From NCBI GenBank assembly GCA_964486045.1, contig CAZALK010000016.1, positions 1 through 64,000 on the forward strand: 64,000 nucleotides of DNA, written 5' to 3'. Positions 40,339 to 49,781 of the stretch are shown in pieces (the first letter of the stretch is position 1; each line of letters begins with the position of its first letter). The position numbers and the translations under genes were made by a program. Origin of the DNA: an uncultured archaeon. Lineage in GTDB: Archaea > Asgardarchaeota > Lokiarchaeia > Sigyniarchaeales > SOKP01. The notes beneath the pieces are model-generated. The model made no database searches. It was not told where the DNA came from and saw only the letters and a list, made by a program, of their open reading frames with translations.

Positions 40339-41337
40339 ATGGAAGATAAAGTTAAGTTCGGGGGTGATAAGACTTTTAATGAAAAAATTATGACCTATTC
40401 AATAGCTGATTTTATAGATCTTTCTTTGGTTGAAGTGTTGACGTTACAATTACTTTTAAGACATAAAGAACCCGTTGTAAGACACACATTATTTTTAGAG
40501 GTTACTCAATTTCTTCAAAGTGAGAGATCTTCATTCGATTCTTTTGATTCACCAAATTTATCCTCGAGTGAAAAACGGTATCTTCAATTTCTCAAGAATA
40601 AGAAAAAGCTTTCTACTTCAAGCTTTTATAATAACATTAAAATTTTAGAAAAAATGGGCCTTATTTCATGTAAACATAATGTTAAAGGCAAGGTTGAAGC
40701 TATAGAAACAACAGATTTAACGGGACCTTTTATGAATGTAACTCTTCAACATTTTATTAATTTTGGAGTGAGAGCTGAAGAATCTGTCATGCATTCAATG
40801 AAGAAAGCTATAATGGAGAAAATTAAGAAGACAAACTTTGAAAGTATCCTTGTTATTTGGCTCAATGAATTTTTCAATCTTCAAATAATTCGAATAGCTT
40901 ATGAAATGTCTGAATCATTGTTTATTCTATCCAGAAATGATTTTTCTAAAGATTTAATAAATAGAGGGTTAAAAAATGTTAACTTTTCTTCAATATATAA
41001 TCGGAAGATTAGGGAACCGAATGAGGCATTTGATGTGGTTTTTTTTCCTTTTTATTATAAAAATTCAAAGACATTTGGTTTAAGTAAAATAGATCTTCTT
41101 AAAGAAGCGAGAAGGGTTTTAAAAAAGACGGGTGTAGTTATAATTACTGTTCAAAGTAAACTCCCAAAAGTTGAGGGATATATTGCCAGTAAGATTTTAG
41201 AGTTATATGAAAGATCAAATTACCATACAATATATGAAATCGATGAGTTAGAAAGAGATTTTAACGAAGCAAATTTCTCAAAATGGGAAATATTCGAAGA
41301 TTTTGGGGATCTTATCGGAATTGGATGGGTAAATTAA
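40339..41337 (+). CDS. Winged-helix regulator fused to a degenerate class I methyltransferase-like domain
   Basis: STSSFYNNIKILEKMGLI (wHTH); EAFDVV...LKEARRVLKKTGVVII; no glycine-rich motif I. Confidence 0.75.
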   Translation: MEDKVKFGGDKTFNEKIMTYSIADFIDLSLVEVLTLQLLLRHKEPVVRHTLFLEVTQFLQSERSSFDSFDSPNLSSSEKRYLQFLKNKKKLSTSSFYNNIKILEKMGLISCKHNVKGKVEAIETTDLTGPFMNVTLQHFINFGVRAEESVMHSMKKAIMEKIKKTNFESILVIWLNEFFNLQIIRIAYEMSESLFILSRNDFSKDLINRGLKNVNFSSIYNRKIREPNEAFDVVFFPFYYKNSKTFGLSKIDLLKEARRVLKKTGVVIITVQSKLPKVEGYIASKILELYERSNYHTIYEIDELERDFNEANFSKWEIFEDFGDLIGIGWVN

Positions 41338-41437
41338 GTTTAGCTCACTCCATATCACCACAATGAATATATATTTAAAAAAACTAATATATTGATAATA
41401 ATTAGATAAAACAAAATTCCTAACAAAATCAATACAA

Positions 41438-42139
41438 ATGCCATTATTTCAAGTTGATATTAGCAGAATATTATTCGTTTATGTCGTGGGTGTGGTAATC
41501 ATTTTTGTTTCAACAGTTCTAATTTATAAAACTCTTAAAAAAGGTAGAAACAAGCCCAATCTCTTGATTTGTGGATTTTTCATATGTTTTGTTATATCCA
41601 TTTCCTTAAATGTAATCTATGCCCCTATTTTTCTCACGGATATAAGGGAAGTTTTGTATAGAGTAAATATCTTTTTTCTCTTTTTCGGCTTATATTTCGC
41701 ATTGCTTTTTACTTTATATTTGTATAAAGAAAATGAAATAAAGAATAAATATCTATTAATCACTAGTGTTCTTTATGGGACATTATTGATAATATTACTT
41801 TACCATCCGGATAACATTACCATTAATGTATCAACAAATTGGAATCCTATATGGAAATTGAGCATAATGATTTCCATAATTCTTATATCATTAGTTTATT
41901 GTTTCATTCCAACAATTACATTATCTATAATAATATACAGAAGATTTCAAATAAAAATTTTAAAGCAAAAATTCAAGTATTTTATTATTGGTATAACGGG
42001 TGCATATATGACATTATTTGGAGCTATACTAACATATTCTACGAATAACCCTACAATTATTCTTATATTTAGCTTTACATCAATGGTAAATATCGTTTGG
42101 ACCCTTTTTATCTATTATGGGATGACAAGCAATTTATAG
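41438..42139 (+). CDS. Stand-alone 7TM membrane protein (receptor-like)
   Basis: Seven hydrophobic segments, extracellular W.P.W loop, no cytoplasmic output domain. Confidence 0.75.
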   Translation: MPLFQVDISRILFVYVVGVVIIFVSTVLIYKTLKKGRNKPNLLICGFFICFVISISLNVIYAPIFLTDIREVLYRVNIFFLFFGLYFALLFTLYLYKENEIKNKYLLITSVLYGTLLIILLYHPDNITINVSTNWNPIWKLSIMISIILISLVYCFIPTITLSIIIYRRFQIKILKQKFKYFIIGITGAYMTLFGAILTYSTNNPTIILIFSFTSMVNIVWTLFIYYGMTSNL

Positions 42140-42177
42140 AAATTTAGTATTTAATTTTCTCAATCAAAATTATAGTT

Positions 42178-42210
42178 TCAGACCTCGTCTTCTAAAGAAG
42201 GAGGATGTCA
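42178..42210 (+). mobile_element. Possible IS200/IS605-family right-end remnant
   Basis: GC-rich hairpin ctcgtcttctaaagaaggag followed by GGAGGATGTCA; no transposase nearby. Confidence 0.4.
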
Positions 42211-42377
42211 TTAGCATTTCATTCTACTGAAGTTATCTCTCTTTTTATCTTTTTATAATTATTGTCTACAAAAATTAATGGTAAGGTTTTCTGAAACATG
42301 TTCACCAATAAAGTTATATGAACTCAAATTCTGTTCTAAATTAAGTATAATGAATTTGAAACATAGGTGAAAATAAA

Positions 42378-43160
42378 ATGAGTGTGGAAGTTTACCTTAA
42401 TAAAAACATAAAAGAAATTATCACAGAATTTCCTAAGGTTGAAGAGATTTTAGAAGAATATAGTATAGGTTGTGGTACATGCGGAGAGGGGTTATGCGAA
42501 TTGAAAGACATATTGGAAATTCATTATTTAGAAGAAGACTTAGAGAATGAATTAATGGCAAGGATTTCACAAGCTATATATCCAGATAAGAAAGTTGAGT
42601 TTCCAAAAAGGAAAAGGAAATCGAAGGATCAGAAAGAAATTAAATATTCACCTCCCATGAAAAAGATGGTTGATGAGCATGTACTAATAAAGAGATGGTT
42701 AGTTCTCATCCCTAAAGTAATTGAAAATCTTGATTTAGATACTGAAGAAGGTTTACTTCTCATCAATAATGGAATTGACTTTATACGAAATTATGCCGAT
42801 AAATACCACCATGCAAAGGAAGAGGATGAAACGTTCAAATATTTTGATGAAAACTTAGACATATTAAAAGTGATAAAGAACGATCATAAAAAGGTGCGAA
42901 ATCATGTGAAGGCCATGCTTCAAGCTGTAAAGGATAAAGATAAAAATTCACTTGCAGAGCACTTGAAAGCTTACAGTGAGATATTGCCAGAGCATATAAA
43001 AAAAGAAGATGATATCTTATACCCTTGGATGGACAGAAACCTTTCTACAAAAGAAATTGGGCAATTGTATGCAAAGTTTAATGTAATTGACGAGGAATAT
43101 GGAGATGCACCTAGAAAGCACAGAAATTTTATCGAAGAATTAGAATACAACTTTAATTAA
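42378..43160 (+). CDS. Hemerythrin-like domain protein with N-terminal Cys-containing domain
   Basis: IGCGTC..G.C; EH, HHAKEED, DH, EHIKKEDDILYP. Confidence 0.9.
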   Translation: MSVEVYLNKNIKEIITEFPKVEEILEEYSIGCGTCGEGLCELKDILEIHYLEEDLENELMARISQAIYPDKKVEFPKRKRKSKDQKEIKYSPPMKKMVDEHVLIKRWLVLIPKVIENLDLDTEEGLLLINNGIDFIRNYADKYHHAKEEDETFKYFDENLDILKVIKNDHKKVRNHVKAMLQAVKDKDKNSLAEHLKAYSEILPEHIKKEDDILYPWMDRNLSTKEIGQLYAKFNVIDEEYGDAPRKHRNFIEELEYNFN

Positions 43161-43268
43161 AGCTTAGGTATTCGATTCATACCCTATATCCAATTTTTAC
43201 GTTGGATATCAACTAATTCTTTATGTGAAATACTATTAGCTATAAAAAAAAGTAATAAGTCAAAATTA

Positions 43269-43670
43269 TTAATCAATAGATTTTAAAAAGGAGAGAAATA
43301 TTTCCTGAGATGCTTCCGGCATCTCTTCAACTTGTTTTTTCACTTTTTCTTTAAATTCTTCTTTTGATCTAGCGTCCTTTAATATATAATTGTCGATATC
43401 TCTAAATTTGTTAGTAATTTTTTCATAAGCATGAGTAATTGCATCAAGATGTTTACTTACTTCTAATTTCCATTCTTGATCAACGGGATATTTATCTTTA
43501 TCTTTCTTTTCTTTATCCTTTTCTTTTTTCTTATCCTTCTCCTTATCTTTATCTTTATCCTTCTTATCTTTGTCTTTCTTATCTTTGTCTTTCTTATCTT
43601 TGTCTTTATCTTTTTTATCTTTATCTTTTCCCATAAAATCTCCTCTGTTTAAAAAGTCATCTAAACTCAA
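43269..43670 (-). CDS. Hypothetical protein with KD/KE low-complexity tract and helical C-terminus
   Basis: About 46-aa tract made only of K, D and E. Confidence 0.75.
   Translation of the reverse strand: MSLDDFLNRGDFMGKDKDKKDKDKDKKDKDKKDKDKKDKDKDKEKDKKKEKDKEKKDKDKYPVDQEWKLEVSKHLDAITHAYEKITNKFRDIDNYILKDARSKEEFKEKVKKQVEEMPEASQEIFLSFLKSID
43561..43605. repeat. 15-bp tandem repeat TTCTTATCTTTGTCT, 3 copies
   Basis: Three perfect copies encoding KDKDK-type units. Confidence 0.9.
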
Positions 43671-43819
43671 AAAAATACTCCAATTATTTAAAATTTTGGA
43701 GTTTACTCATAACTATTTCAAAAATTATTTCTAAATGTATGTGATAAAACCAAGATTAAAAGGAAGAACTCTATTAATTATATAAATCGAAATAAACACA
43801 ATTAAGAATTTCAAAAAAA

Positions 43820-44203
43820 ATGATACTATCGGTACTTGTTTGCGATACCACTGGTTATCCATTCTATTCACGGAAAATAGATTCAAGCATAGGTGAAATG
43901 GATCCGGCAATTTTTAGCGGTTTAATATCTGCTATTGGAGCTATTGGGAAAGAGTTATTTAAAGAAGAGATCGCGACAATTTCTTATGGTGAAAATTATG
44001 AAATCATCATAATAACAAAAGAATTGTTTGGTGATAAGAAGTCTATTTATTTCGTATTCTTAATTGAGGGAGAACCAGATCTTCCTCTTATGAAAAAGCT
44101 AAGCACTAATATTTTCATCGAAACCAAGCACGTACTTAAAGATCCTTCATCGGCAAAGTTGGATATCAAGGAAAAAGTTGATAAAATAATAGATAATTTA
44201 TAA
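43820..44203 (+). CDS. Longin/roadblock-like small domain protein
   Basis: ILSVLVCDTTGYPFYSR...DPAIFSGLISAI...EL. Confidence 0.75.
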   Translation: MILSVLVCDTTGYPFYSRKIDSSIGEMDPAIFSGLISAIGAIGKELFKEEIATISYGENYEIIIITKELFGDKKSIYFVFLIEGEPDLPLMKKLSTNIFIETKHVLKDPSSAKLDIKEKVDKIIDNL

Positions 44204-44330
44204 GAAACATAAAGTCACACTTTTTTTCACCTAAAAAGGTAAACAATCGATATTAAGGTAAGATTTTTACTCTATAAAGATAAGCTTTTTAAAATATTTT
44301 AAGAGTTAAAACTTAACAACAAATAACTAG

Positions 44331-44708
44331 GTGTTTAAAATATCAAGAATTATTCATTTTGAACTCAATGTTAAAGACGTAGAGAAAACCAAAAAATTTT
44401 ATGAAAATGTGTTTGGATGGAAAATAGAAAAATGGGAAGGACCTATTGACTATTGGCTCATCACGACGGGAGAAGAAGGAGAACCGGGCATCGATGGAGG
44501 ATTAGGGAGTGAGGAAGAAGGGTTCCCAAGAGTTGTAAATACCATCGGTGTTGAAGATGTTGATGAGGTTATTAAAAAGATTGAAAGCAATGGTGGTGAA
44601 ATAGTGCGACCAAAACATGCTGTTCCGGGAGTTGGTTGGATGGCTTACTTTAAAGATTCTGAAGGAATTATAACAGGAGTAATGCAAGAAGATCCTGAAG
44701 CTAAATAA
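44331..44708 (+). CDS. VOC/glyoxalase family protein
   Basis: IIHFEL, FYENVFGW, GGEIV, YFKDSEG. Confidence 0.93.
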   Translation: MFKISRIIHFELNVKDVEKTKKFYENVFGWKIEKWEGPIDYWLITTGEEGEPGIDGGLGSEEEGFPRVVNTIGVEDVDEVIKKIESNGGEIVRPKHAVPGVGWMAYFKDSEGIITGVMQEDPEAK

Positions 44709-44865
44709 TTGCTTTTTCCTGTATTTTAACCTAACTCCTAATTTTTTTAAAATGTTTTAAACTAAAATCATTAAATTATTAATTCTTTAAATTTAGTATA
44801 AATACAATAAAGTTGTCTAATATCCTAAATGAGAATAATATATCATCATAAAAAAGGAGTTTAAA

Positions 44866-45021
44866 ATGAATTGTCCTAATTGTAGAACAGTACTTAATGA
44901 TAGTAATCAGAAATTTTGTGAAACATGTGGTTTTGAACTAAATAAAGAAGCTGAGGAAAAAGTTGAAATAATAAAACCACGCAGTAAATTTAAAGTATTT
45001 TCACGTCGAAAATGTTGTTAA
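44866..45021 (+). CDS. 51-aa zinc-ribbon protein ending in RRKCC; not in ORF track
   Basis: AAGGAG RBS; MNCPNCRTVLNDSNQKFCETCGFEL...KFKVFSRRKCC*. Confidence 0.8.
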   Translation: MNCPNCRTVLNDSNQKFCETCGFELNKEAEEKVEIIKPRSKFKVFSRRKCC

Positions 45022-45077
45022 ATTCTGTTTAGTAAGACAGCATGTTATTAAATTGAATATCACAGGTTGAATATCAA

Positions 45078-46322
45078 ATTACACAATATATTATAATTGG
45101 TGGGGGTCCGGCTGGTGCTACAGCAGCCCTAGAAATAAAAGGATTAGATCCAGAAGGAAAAATAATCTTAATCTCTAATGAAGATTATCAATTCTATAAA
45201 AGGAGTAAAATAATTAATCTTGTTTCAGTTAGTTGTTCTGAAGATGATCTCTTTCTAAAGGGAAAAACACTCTATGATGACCACAACATAAGGTTTATTT
45301 ATGGTCAAGTAGAAAAAGTTCTAGCAAACGAAAAACAAATTTTAATGAAAAGTGGTAAAACTATAAACTATGATTTTCTTCTAGTAGCTTCTGGGGGTAG
45401 TCCTTTAGTATTACCATGGAAAGGTGTAGGTTTAAAGGGAATTTCTACCTTGTATACCCTTGACGATGCAAAAAAAGTAGCTGATCAAGCTTGTGATGCT
45501 AAACATGTAGTTGTCATAGGAGGTGGGTCGATTGCTATGAAAGCTATCCAAAATTTCAAGAAACTTGATTTAAATATCTCAATTATTGAGAAAGCTTCTC
45601 ATCTATGGCCTATCGGTTTTGATAGGAAGATTTCTCGAATCGTTGAAAAAAGAATTAAAGAAAAGGGTATTCAAATATTTCTGAATGAAGAGGTAGTTGA
45701 ATTTAGGGGTAATGAAGAAAGGTTGACACATGTAATATTAAAGAGCGGACGTGAGATTCCCGCGGATATAGCAATCATAACAATTGGGACTAAACCTAAC
45801 GTGGATTTTCTAGATGATACTACCGTTAAATTTGACCAAGGAGTAATCGTAGATAGTAATCTGAGATCAACTATACCTACTATATTCGCCGCGGGGGATG
45901 TTGCTCAAATTTATGACCCGCTCTATAATATTCCGATGCTTCACACTACCTGGGGAAATGCAAAAAAACAAGGTAGAATTGCTGCGATAAACATGACTGG
46001 TGGCAATATGATTTACAAGGGAGTAATTCCCATTCAAAGTATAAAAATATTTGGATTTAAAGCCATTGCAGTAGGTATCACTCACTCTAAGGAAAACTAT
46101 GATGAAATATCTTGGGTTTCATTTGAAAAAGAGCAATGTAGGAAATTTGTTTTAAGAAATAATAAGCTTGTTGGAGCATTAGTTTTAGGAAAGGATATCG
46201 ATAAGAAAACTCTAAAACCCTTATTAAAAAAAATTGTTTCTAAACAAGTAGAGATTGACCATTATGGTCCCCTCCTTTTGGAAGAAAATCTCGATTTTGA
46301 GACCTTGTTTAATGAAATATAA
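45078..46322 (+). CDS. NAD(P)/FAD oxidoreductase (rubredoxin/ferredoxin reductase or NirB-like), probable ATT start
   Basis: FAD motif TQYIIIGGGPAG lies about 85 codons upstream of the first ATG (45345); ASGGSP, FAAGDVA. Confidence 0.88.
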   Translation: MTQYIIIGGGPAGATAALEIKGLDPEGKIILISNEDYQFYKRSKIINLVSVSCSEDDLFLKGKTLYDDHNIRFIYGQVEKVLANEKQILMKSGKTINYDFLLVASGGSPLVLPWKGVGLKGISTLYTLDDAKKVADQACDAKHVVVIGGGSIAMKAIQNFKKLDLNISIIEKASHLWPIGFDRKISRIVEKRIKEKGIQIFLNEEVVEFRGNEERLTHVILKSGREIPADIAIITIGTKPNVDFLDDTTVKFDQGVIVDSNLRSTIPTIFAAGDVAQIYDPLYNIPMLHTTWGNAKKQGRIAAINMTGGNMIYKGVIPIQSIKIFGFKAIAVGITHSKENYDEISWVSFEKEQCRKFVLRNNKLVGALVLGKDIDKKTLKPLLKKIVSKQVEIDHYGPLLLEENLDFETLFNEI

Positions 46323-46588
46323 ATTTTTGAGATTGCTTTCTCGTCTCCTTCGATAACTAAAATTTCTTTATCGATATCATCGAAATCTTTTTAAGTTTTT
46401 TCAATTAACGCTTCTTATTGTTGAATTTTTAATCATGGAGTATCACTGTGAGAACATATGAGAATCATCCTTAAATTTGAATTGATTTAGATAAATAGAA
46501 TATTATCACGAAAAAATAATCCCATATATTTAAAATGGTTGAGTTTATGGTAATCATTATTTGACAAAAAAATAAAAAGCAAGTTTAG

Positions 46589-49405
46589 ATGCTGTCAAGA
46601 AGAATTACATCTATAATTTTAATCCTATCAATTTTTTCTTCACATATTGTATTTATTGTTTTAGGAACTAACCAAATTATGCCTAATGGTAAAAAAATAG
46701 ACTTAAAAGGAGATAAAATACAAATTTCCGCCAATATTATAAAATACTGGATAGTTTCCCCTGAAACTAAAATTAGTCCGGATTCAAATCCACCTTCAGG
46801 ATTAATGGGAATCAATAATTTAACGCTTTTTTTAGCAAAAAATGAAGATGAATTCTTCCATCTTGTACTAGAGGGTCCGTTGGATGATGTCGATATAGCG
46901 TTACCTGACAATTTTACAAGCGCAACAAATATTTTTCCTTCACAAAATATAGAGTTGTTTAGAGAAGAATTTATAGGAATAACCAGTTCAGAATGGGATA
47001 CGCTTGAAGGAAATTATCCACCTTACTTACCCTCTGGGAAAGAATATGCAGATGGAATGGTACCTTTTGTTGATCCATATAATGCTTCAAATCAACCGGG
47101 TCGCAATTTTTCAATACCATCAAATGAGGTAAAAGCTATAATTGTAAAGTTTAAAGCTAACACGACACAAGCTCCTGGGATGTTTAAAGGTAATTTGACT
47201 CTTAGTGCGGCTGGAAAAATCCCTACGAATATCCAAATTTCATTGTACGTATGGAATTTTACGCTACCTAACGATGCTATCATAACTAATTATGGTATTG
47301 AAACAGGATATCATTCAATTTGGGATTTAGAAGGAATATCTGAAACATCTCCTGATCTCCCACAATTAAGGCAAAGATACTATGAATTACTAGCTGAATC
47401 CAAATTATTTCCAACAGCAATACAACCAAGACCTGGTTTTGATCCCATTACCGGTGTATTAGATATGACTGTACTTGGTCCAATAATCGATAATTTAATT
47501 TCATATGGATTGAGTGCATTTGAAATCCCTAGTTATTATGATGATTTTAATGAAATGTATCCTGATGGGAGTATAACCGCAAATTTCAATTCAGCAACTT
47601 GGAATGCTTCAGCTATTAAATGGTATCAATCATGGTCTAACTGGTTGGACACCCGTGGAATCTTGGATAATAGCTATGCATTTGTAGTTGATGAGACAGA
47701 ATGGGTAAGCGACGAACCCTACCATTTAGGACCATTAGGATATGAACGTGCGTGGCAATGGGCCCACCTTATTCACCAGGCTGACCCCGATTTACAATTT
47801 ATAATGGCAGATAATATATTATCTCTCTCCATTGAATCTAATTATATGGATTTAAGAAAAACTAATCTTCCAATAATATGGGACGTTTATACTGCAGATA
47901 TTGATAGTGTTGGTTTAGATGTTCAAATTAAAACATTAAAAAGCAAAGGGTTTGATTTTTGGTTAGTGCCCAATGATCATTATGACTTTATTGATTTTTC
48001 AGGAATTCATCCAAGAGCAATAGGAGCTTATTCCTATTTTCATGATTTAACTGGTATTGAAATTTGGGATACTATTTCATGGCCACAATCGGTTATCGAT
48101 CCGTGGTCACAAAATCCTTCTCACGAGTATGGTAATGGGGGGGGAGCAATAATTTACCCTGGAAAAAAGTGGGGTGTTCAAGGACCTTTGCCTAGTTTAA
48201 GATTGGAGTTAAATAGAGAAGCTATAGAAGATTTTTCATATTTCAAACTTGCTTCTGATTTAGGGGCTTCAAACTTTGCTAAAAATCTTGCTAATAATAT
48301 CATTCCATCCGATTTCTACGGACTTGATTCTAATGAGATTAATTCTTCTCACTTCTTAAATGCAAAACTCGCACTGGCTGGAGAGATTCTCAGGAGAGGT
48401 AATCCTTCACAGCTATTAGATGCAAATTTAACTAACATAGAAGCTCTTTTACCCAAAGGTTTTGGACAGATTCCATCAGTTGTGAGTGGACAAATTAAAT
48501 TTAATGAAAGTTCTTCTGGTATTTGGGGTATTCAGGTAACAGATGGATTATCCATGACAACAAGTAATTTTACTGGTCATTATACATTATCTACTCTTCC
48601 GGGTAATAGAACCTTACGATCTTTTAGAGCTATTAGGAATAACTTAGTTTATAACAATTCTTTAATTGATGTTGAACCAAGTGTTAAAAATTTTTCTGTA
48701 ATAGCTGGACAAAGCCTGACAGGAGTTGATCTATCAATGTCGGATTCAAATCGCTTTCAAAGTTTATTAGATTCATTCGAATATGAAGATCAAGAGAAAT
48801 TACACTGGAATATAGGAGGAGGAGGCACAATGGATATAAAAACGAGCTTCCCAAGTGGTATCTATAGTACCGAAAATAGTTCGATGTTAGAAGTTAATTT
48901 TGATAGAAGCGGAGATTCAGAACTTTATACCTACTTCAATTTTAGTGGTGATGCTGGGAAAAATCGCGAAGACGAATTATGGATAGATTTTTACACAGTT
49001 TCAGGATCAATTTATACAATTCTTGAAATTGCAATTGGAGAACAATGGGAATTTTATAGAACTTTTATCCTTGGTCCTGGTGGTCCATTTACAATTACTA
49101 TTCCACTGAAGATGGTCGATGATTTAATCAGTGGCGGTCTATCTTCAGCACTTATATCCCTGACTATTGTTGCGGATGTTACCTTAGGAAGTGATAACCA
49201 ATTTCAAACTGGAGAAAGAACTGTTTTTATGGATAATATACGTATCTTACTTAAAAACAATGCATCTGTAAATTTAGTAGCTGACGGTGGTAACAATGAT
49301 GGAATTTCAATATCGGGATCAGATGTTAGCATGATATTAACTGCTGTTATTATTGGAATTAGCTCGATTTTAATAATTTGGCGCAGAAGGAAATATATTT
49401 CATAG
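46589..49405 (+). CDS. Secreted membrane-anchored glycoside hydrolase-like protein (GH123/DUF4091-like)
   Basis: Signal peptide, VVDE, IIYPG...PSLRLELNREAIED, Ig-like and CBM-like C-terminal region, TM plus RRRK. Confidence 0.75.
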   Translation: MLSRRITSIILILSIFSSHIVFIVLGTNQIMPNGKKIDLKGDKIQISANIIKYWIVSPETKISPDSNPPSGLMGINNLTLFLAKNEDEFFHLVLEGPLDDVDIALPDNFTSATNIFPSQNIELFREEFIGITSSEWDTLEGNYPPYLPSGKEYADGMVPFVDPYNASNQPGRNFSIPSNEVKAIIVKFKANTTQAPGMFKGNLTLSAAGKIPTNIQISLYVWNFTLPNDAIITNYGIETGYHSIWDLEGISETSPDLPQLRQRYYELLAESKLFPTAIQPRPGFDPITGVLDMTVLGPIIDNLISYGLSAFEIPSYYDDFNEMYPDGSITANFNSATWNASAIKWYQSWSNWLDTRGILDNSYAFVVDETEWVSDEPYHLGPLGYERAWQWAHLIHQADPDLQFIMADNILSLSIESNYMDLRKTNLPIIWDVYTADIDSVGLDVQIKTLKSKGFDFWLVPNDHYDFIDFSGIHPRAIGAYSYFHDLTGIEIWDTISWPQSVIDPWSQNPSHEYGNGGGAIIYPGKKWGVQGPLPSLRLELNREAIEDFSYFKLASDLGASNFAKNLANNIIPSDFYGLDSNEINSSHFLNAKLALAGEILRRGNPSQLLDANLTNIEALLPKGFGQIPSVVSGQIKFNESSSGIWGIQVTDGLSMTTSNFTGHYTLSTLPGNRTLRSFRAIRNNLVYNNSLIDVEPSVKNFSVIAGQSLTGVDLSMSDSNRFQSLLDSFEYEDQEKLHWNIGGGGTMDIKTSFPSGIYSTENSSMLEVNFDRSGDSELYTYFNFSGDAGKNREDELWIDFYTVSGSIYTILEIAIGEQWEFYRTFILGPGGPFTITIPLKMVDDLISGGLSSALISLTIVADVTLGSDNQFQTGERTVFMDNIRILLKNNASVNLVADGGNNDGISISGSDVSMILTAVIIGISSILIIWRRRKYIS

Positions 49406-49634
49406 AAAATAAAGTAAATATGAAGATATAAGGTATTTAAACAAGACCTTAATTTATCAAAATGAATTAAACAATTACCTTATTTCATAGTAACATATGC
49501 AATCATAATTGTATTCTTTTTTTTCAATTAAAGAAGTTATTTTCTTTAACCCAATTTTTATAAATTAATTCAATTATAATAGTGGTGTTAGAACAATTAA
49601 CGTATAAAATTCACACTTAAAAGAGAAGTAAATC

Positions 49635-49742
49635 ATGTCATTTGTTAGTGTAGAACACCCAGTAGAAAAATTAAAAGAAATTTTCTCAAAAGAGCAAAAA
49701 TTAACATTTCTAGTAATTAATTTTAAAAATAAAATAATTTAA
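49635..49742 (+). pseudogene. Probable 5' stub of a deleted gene
   Basis: MSFVSVEHPVEKLKEIFSKEQKLTFLV then AT-rich non-coding-like sequence; KLTFLV resembles the start of SIR2-like xFLxGAG domains. Confidence 0.35.
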
Positions 49743-49781
49743 AATATAAATGTAGAAATCTTATTTACCATAATCAAGTTA

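Noticed and set aside
43490-43630. CRISPR array
   Set aside because: Contiguous coding tandem repeat with no spacers
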